Shown here piece by piece: positions 23,644 through 25,973 of a stretch of 25,973 nt of DNA; position 1 is the first letter of the stretch; each line of letters opens with the position of its first letter. Both the position numbers and the translations under genes were made by a program. This DNA is from a virus (Duplodnaviria; Caudoviricetes), in the IMG/VR virus record IMGVR_UViG_3300020044_006281, positions 1 through 25,973 of that record. One strand, 5' to 3'. The notes beneath the pieces are model-generated. The model was not told where the DNA came from, searched no databases, and saw nothing but the letters and a program-made list of their open reading frames with translations.

Positions 23644-23665
23644 ATGGGGGGAAAGGAAAACCGAA

Positions 23666-23935
23666 ATGGCTTGTTTCACAGACCTAAATTACGCTGATCG
23701 ATCCTATCAATTTGTGAGGACGCTTGCTACTGCGGCAAGCATTACTCCGGTCGGACTCGGATGCTATAGCGAGATGAATGATGCTGGCAAACTTTACCAG
23801 TTTTACATCGCTCTAGCTACGCTTGGATCGGCGGAATCTACATTGTCACAAAACTGCTTTGAACAGCTCACTGAAGACGCGCAATGGAATCTCACTAACG
23901 AGGCTCTCGCTGCGGCTCTAACATCAATTCTATAA
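23666..23935 (+). CDS. small structural-region protein with three internal C(F/Y) repeats
   Basis: ACFTDLNYADRSYQF / GCYSEMNDAGKLYQF / NCFEQLTEDAQWNL; purine-rich RBS-like GAAAGGAAAA upstream. Confidence 0.75.
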   Translation: MACFTDLNYADRSYQFVRTLATAASITPVGLGCYSEMNDAGKLYQFYIALATLGSAESTLSQNCFEQLTEDAQWNLTNEALAAALTSIL

Positions 23936-23952
23936 CAAAATAATTCAATAAT

Positions 23953-24564
23953 ATGTCAACTCGACGCCCATATACTCCTGACCGGACTGTATTGTTCGGC
24001 CCACAAACCATCAACCTCTTGCAGACTGGCAATGTTGTCCTCGCTCGCCTTAATGACCAGGACACTCGCTTCATCGTGCAAGATGTCATCCTCGAAACAG
24101 TCTATGCAAAAGGAACCACGGCAACCGATCCTCAGGTTCGCGCCACCGATGGAACTTCTGCGATTACTTCAACACTCACCATTACCGACGCACTCGACAA
24201 TGTTGGTGGAGCCAATTACCTTGCGCTCGTCTCCAACCCAGTCCCAGTAGTCAGCGGATCAGACACCTTGACTCTTGAAAAGGTTGTTGTAGGCGCTGGT
24301 CAAGCCACTGCTACACGCGCTCGCACGAATGGGGTTGCGACGATTGTGACTGGCGCAGTCCACGGATTCACTACTGGCGATCTTATCACAATCGCTTCGA
24401 TGACCGACTCCACTTTCAATGCGGTGGACGCTTGCATCACGGTAGTTAATACCACCACATTCACCTACGAGAACGCTGGGCCTGATGTGGTTTCTGGAGC
24501 TGATACGGCTGGCCGTGTTGGCGCTCTTAAAGTGAATGCCTACGCTACTGGCATTTACTGGTAA
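23953..24564 (+). CDS. putative virion protein, beta-rich (decoration/fibre-like)
   Basis: Thr/Val/Gly-rich; ATIVTGAVHGFTTGDLITIA...FN....ITVVNTTTFTY module common in phage structural proteins. Confidence 0.75.
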   Translation: MSTRRPYTPDRTVLFGPQTINLLQTGNVVLARLNDQDTRFIVQDVILETVYAKGTTATDPQVRATDGTSAITSTLTITDALDNVGGANYLALVSNPVPVVSGSDTLTLEKVVVGAGQATATRARTNGVATIVTGAVHGFTTGDLITIASMTDSTFNAVDACITVVNTTTFTYENAGPDVVSGADTAGRVGALKVNAYATGIYW

Positions 24565-24577
24565 TTACAGTTCAAGT

Positions 24578-24607
24578 GGGGCGTGGAGGCCTATCCCTCC
24601 GCGCTCC
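24578..24607 (+). terminator. hairpin after the 203-aa gene
   Basis: GGGGCGTGGAGG-CCTATC-CCTCCGCGCTCC followed by an AT-rich tail. Confidence 0.5.
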
Positions 24608-24624
24608 TAACAATTTAATTTGCT

Positions 24625-24888
24625 ATGCCTGAAATCTCTCAAACTTGTTTTACTGATGCAACTGAAGATCAGCAGAACTTTAATATCTATAGCGCGATAG
24701 CGAATCTCCAAGGATTTCAAATTCCAGAATACGATGAAATTGACATCTCGTATCATGGGTCAACAAACAACATTAGTTCGGTTGTTTATTCAAAACTGGG
24801 AAGTCCAGTTGCAACATTGACGCTGACATATCAAATTCAGCCACCACTTGTTGATGACGAGAATCTTGTGAATATAACAATAGCTTGA
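24625..24888 (+). CDS. small putative virion protein with an N-terminal CFTD module
   Basis: MPEISQTCFTDATEDQQNFNIY, then a beta-rich YDEIDISY...VATLTLTY segment. Confidence 0.72.
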   Translation: MPEISQTCFTDATEDQQNFNIYSAIANLQGFQIPEYDEIDISYHGSTNNISSVVYSKLGSPVATLTLTYQIQPPLVDDENLVNITIA

Positions 24889-24889
24889 T

Positions 24890-25973
24890 ATGGGACTTAA
24901 ATACAATCCTTTTTCTGGCAAGCTAGACTTCATTGGAAGTGGAGGAGCTGGAATTTGCGGGACAGTCGGATCGAATAATAACTCTGTTCTTCGTGCCGAT
25001 GTTGGTGCTGGGTGCATACAAAACTCCGGGGTGGTAATTGAAGACACAATCATGTCTTATAGCTGCACGGGAGATGCGGTGGCGGATACCATTACTGCTA
25101 CCGGATCAAATTTTGAAATTGGAGAAAGAATCCGCTTTAACACATTGACTGGAGGCGGGGGTGGTATAAACACAACAGAGTTTTATTATGTCGTAAATGC
25201 GAATGGATCGACATTCCAAGTATCTACTTTGCCGGGAGGGGCTCCAACTGGATTCTTAACTAACATAACCGCAGGAACTCTTCATAACGGATGGGAGCCT
25301 GCGGTAGTAATATCCCAGAACACTCCAGAGGCAAACTCGGATTTCATATTAACTCCAAAAGGTGACGGTGCATTTATCCTAGGCCCAGAGCCGGATAATG
25401 CACAACCAGGCGGAGTTTCCAGAGGGCAATACGCCGTGGATTTGCAAGTTCGCAGAAGCGGATCAAATCAAGTAGCATCAGGGCGGGAATCATTTGTAAC
25501 AGGAAACAACAACACAGCATCTGGAATTTACTCGATAGCGGCAGGATACGCCAACATAGCATCTAATACTGCGGCAGTTGTACTTGGCGGACTAAATCAA
25601 GCGACTGCAATCGGCGCATTTGCGGCAGGTGGAAGCTCAACTGGTGGAGTAGGAGGAAATACAGCAAGTGGAATTCATTCCTCATGTCCGGGAGGGGTTG
25701 GAGCATTAGCAGATAGGACAGCACAGCAATCTCATTCGTCTGGTTTTTTTAGTGTTATTGGAGATTCTCAAAGAACTAGGTTCGTTTTACGAAACAAAAC
25801 TACAACAAACTCTGCGGTTGAGCTTTTCCTGAGTGTATCGGGTAATGTAAGGCTAACAATCCCTAGCGGTAAAATCTTTGCATTCACGATCAACATTTCT
25901 GGGGTAAAGTCAGACGGAACGGCGGTTGCTCACTATCTTCGCCAGTATTGTCTCAAGAATGTCGCTGGGACTA
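24890..25973 (+). CDS. fibre/adhesin-like protein, 3'-truncated by the window end; paralog of 13346..14470; not in the ORF track
   Basis: Manual translation is open to the end: MGLKYNPFSGKLDFIGSGG...VLRAD...FILTPKGDGA...QVASG...GALADR...GDSQ...GVKSDG...YLRQYCLKNVAGT. Confidence 0.85.
   Translation, partial: MGLKYNPFSGKLDFIGSGGAGICGTVGSNNNSVLRADVGAGCIQNSGVVIEDTIMSYSCTGDAVADTITATGSNFEIGERIRFNTLTGGGGGINTTEFYYVVNANGSTFQVSTLPGGAPTGFLTNITAGTLHNGWEPAVVISQNTPEANSDFILTPKGDGAFILGPEPDNAQPGGVSRGQYAVDLQVRRSGSNQVASGRESFVTGNNNTASGIYSIAAGYANIASNTAAVVLGGLNQATAIGAFAAGGSSTGGVGGNTASGIHSSCPGGVGALADRTAQQSHSSGFFSVIGDSQRTRFVLRNKTTTNSAVELFLSVSGNVRLTIPSGKIFAFTINISGVKSDGTAVAHYLRQYCLKNVAGT

Noticed and set aside
13346-25973. 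Diversity-generating retroelement TR/VR pair between the paralogous fibre genes
   Set aside because: Similarity is at the protein level with diffuse divergence. No near-identical repeat with A-specific mismatches and no reverse transcriptase in the window.
1-25973. Alternative genetic code (stop-codon reassignment)
   Set aside because: Core genes are intact under code 11, and TAA, TAG and TGA are all used as coupled stops.

Overview
This window is a 26-kb piece of a tailed dsDNA phage (Caudoviricetes) genome, with no integrase, tRNA or CRISPR array visible. The left arm (1-8.7 kb, minus strand) is an early/replication region. It carries a beta-class DNA methyltransferase, dCMP deaminase, a MazG-like pyrophosphatase, an LRR/DUF6378-like fusion, an NrdR-type Zn ribbon, small basic proteins, an RNA polymerase alpha-CTD/Holliday-junction-resolvase fusion, DnaB and a wHTH replication initiator. 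A divergent promoter pair at about 8.7 kb leads to an XRE-HTH gene, an HNH gene and fibre-like virion genes. These are followed by an inverted large terminase with a LAGLIDADG intein in its Walker A motif, then portal, scaffold, a Cys-rich major capsid protein and further structural genes. The most striking unexplained feature is a 16-bp near-palindrome, TTATCG(G/T)TA(A/C)CGATAA, found 13 times across the window. It occurs at start codons, stop codons, next to promoters and in-frame inside genes, which suggests a genome-wide protein-binding-site system. Other notable items are a DfrB-like SH3 mini-gene missed by the ORF track, and candidate pseudoknot and kissing-loop leader RNAs upstream of the capsid and replication genes. 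All protein family calls come from motif recognition by eye, not from database searches.
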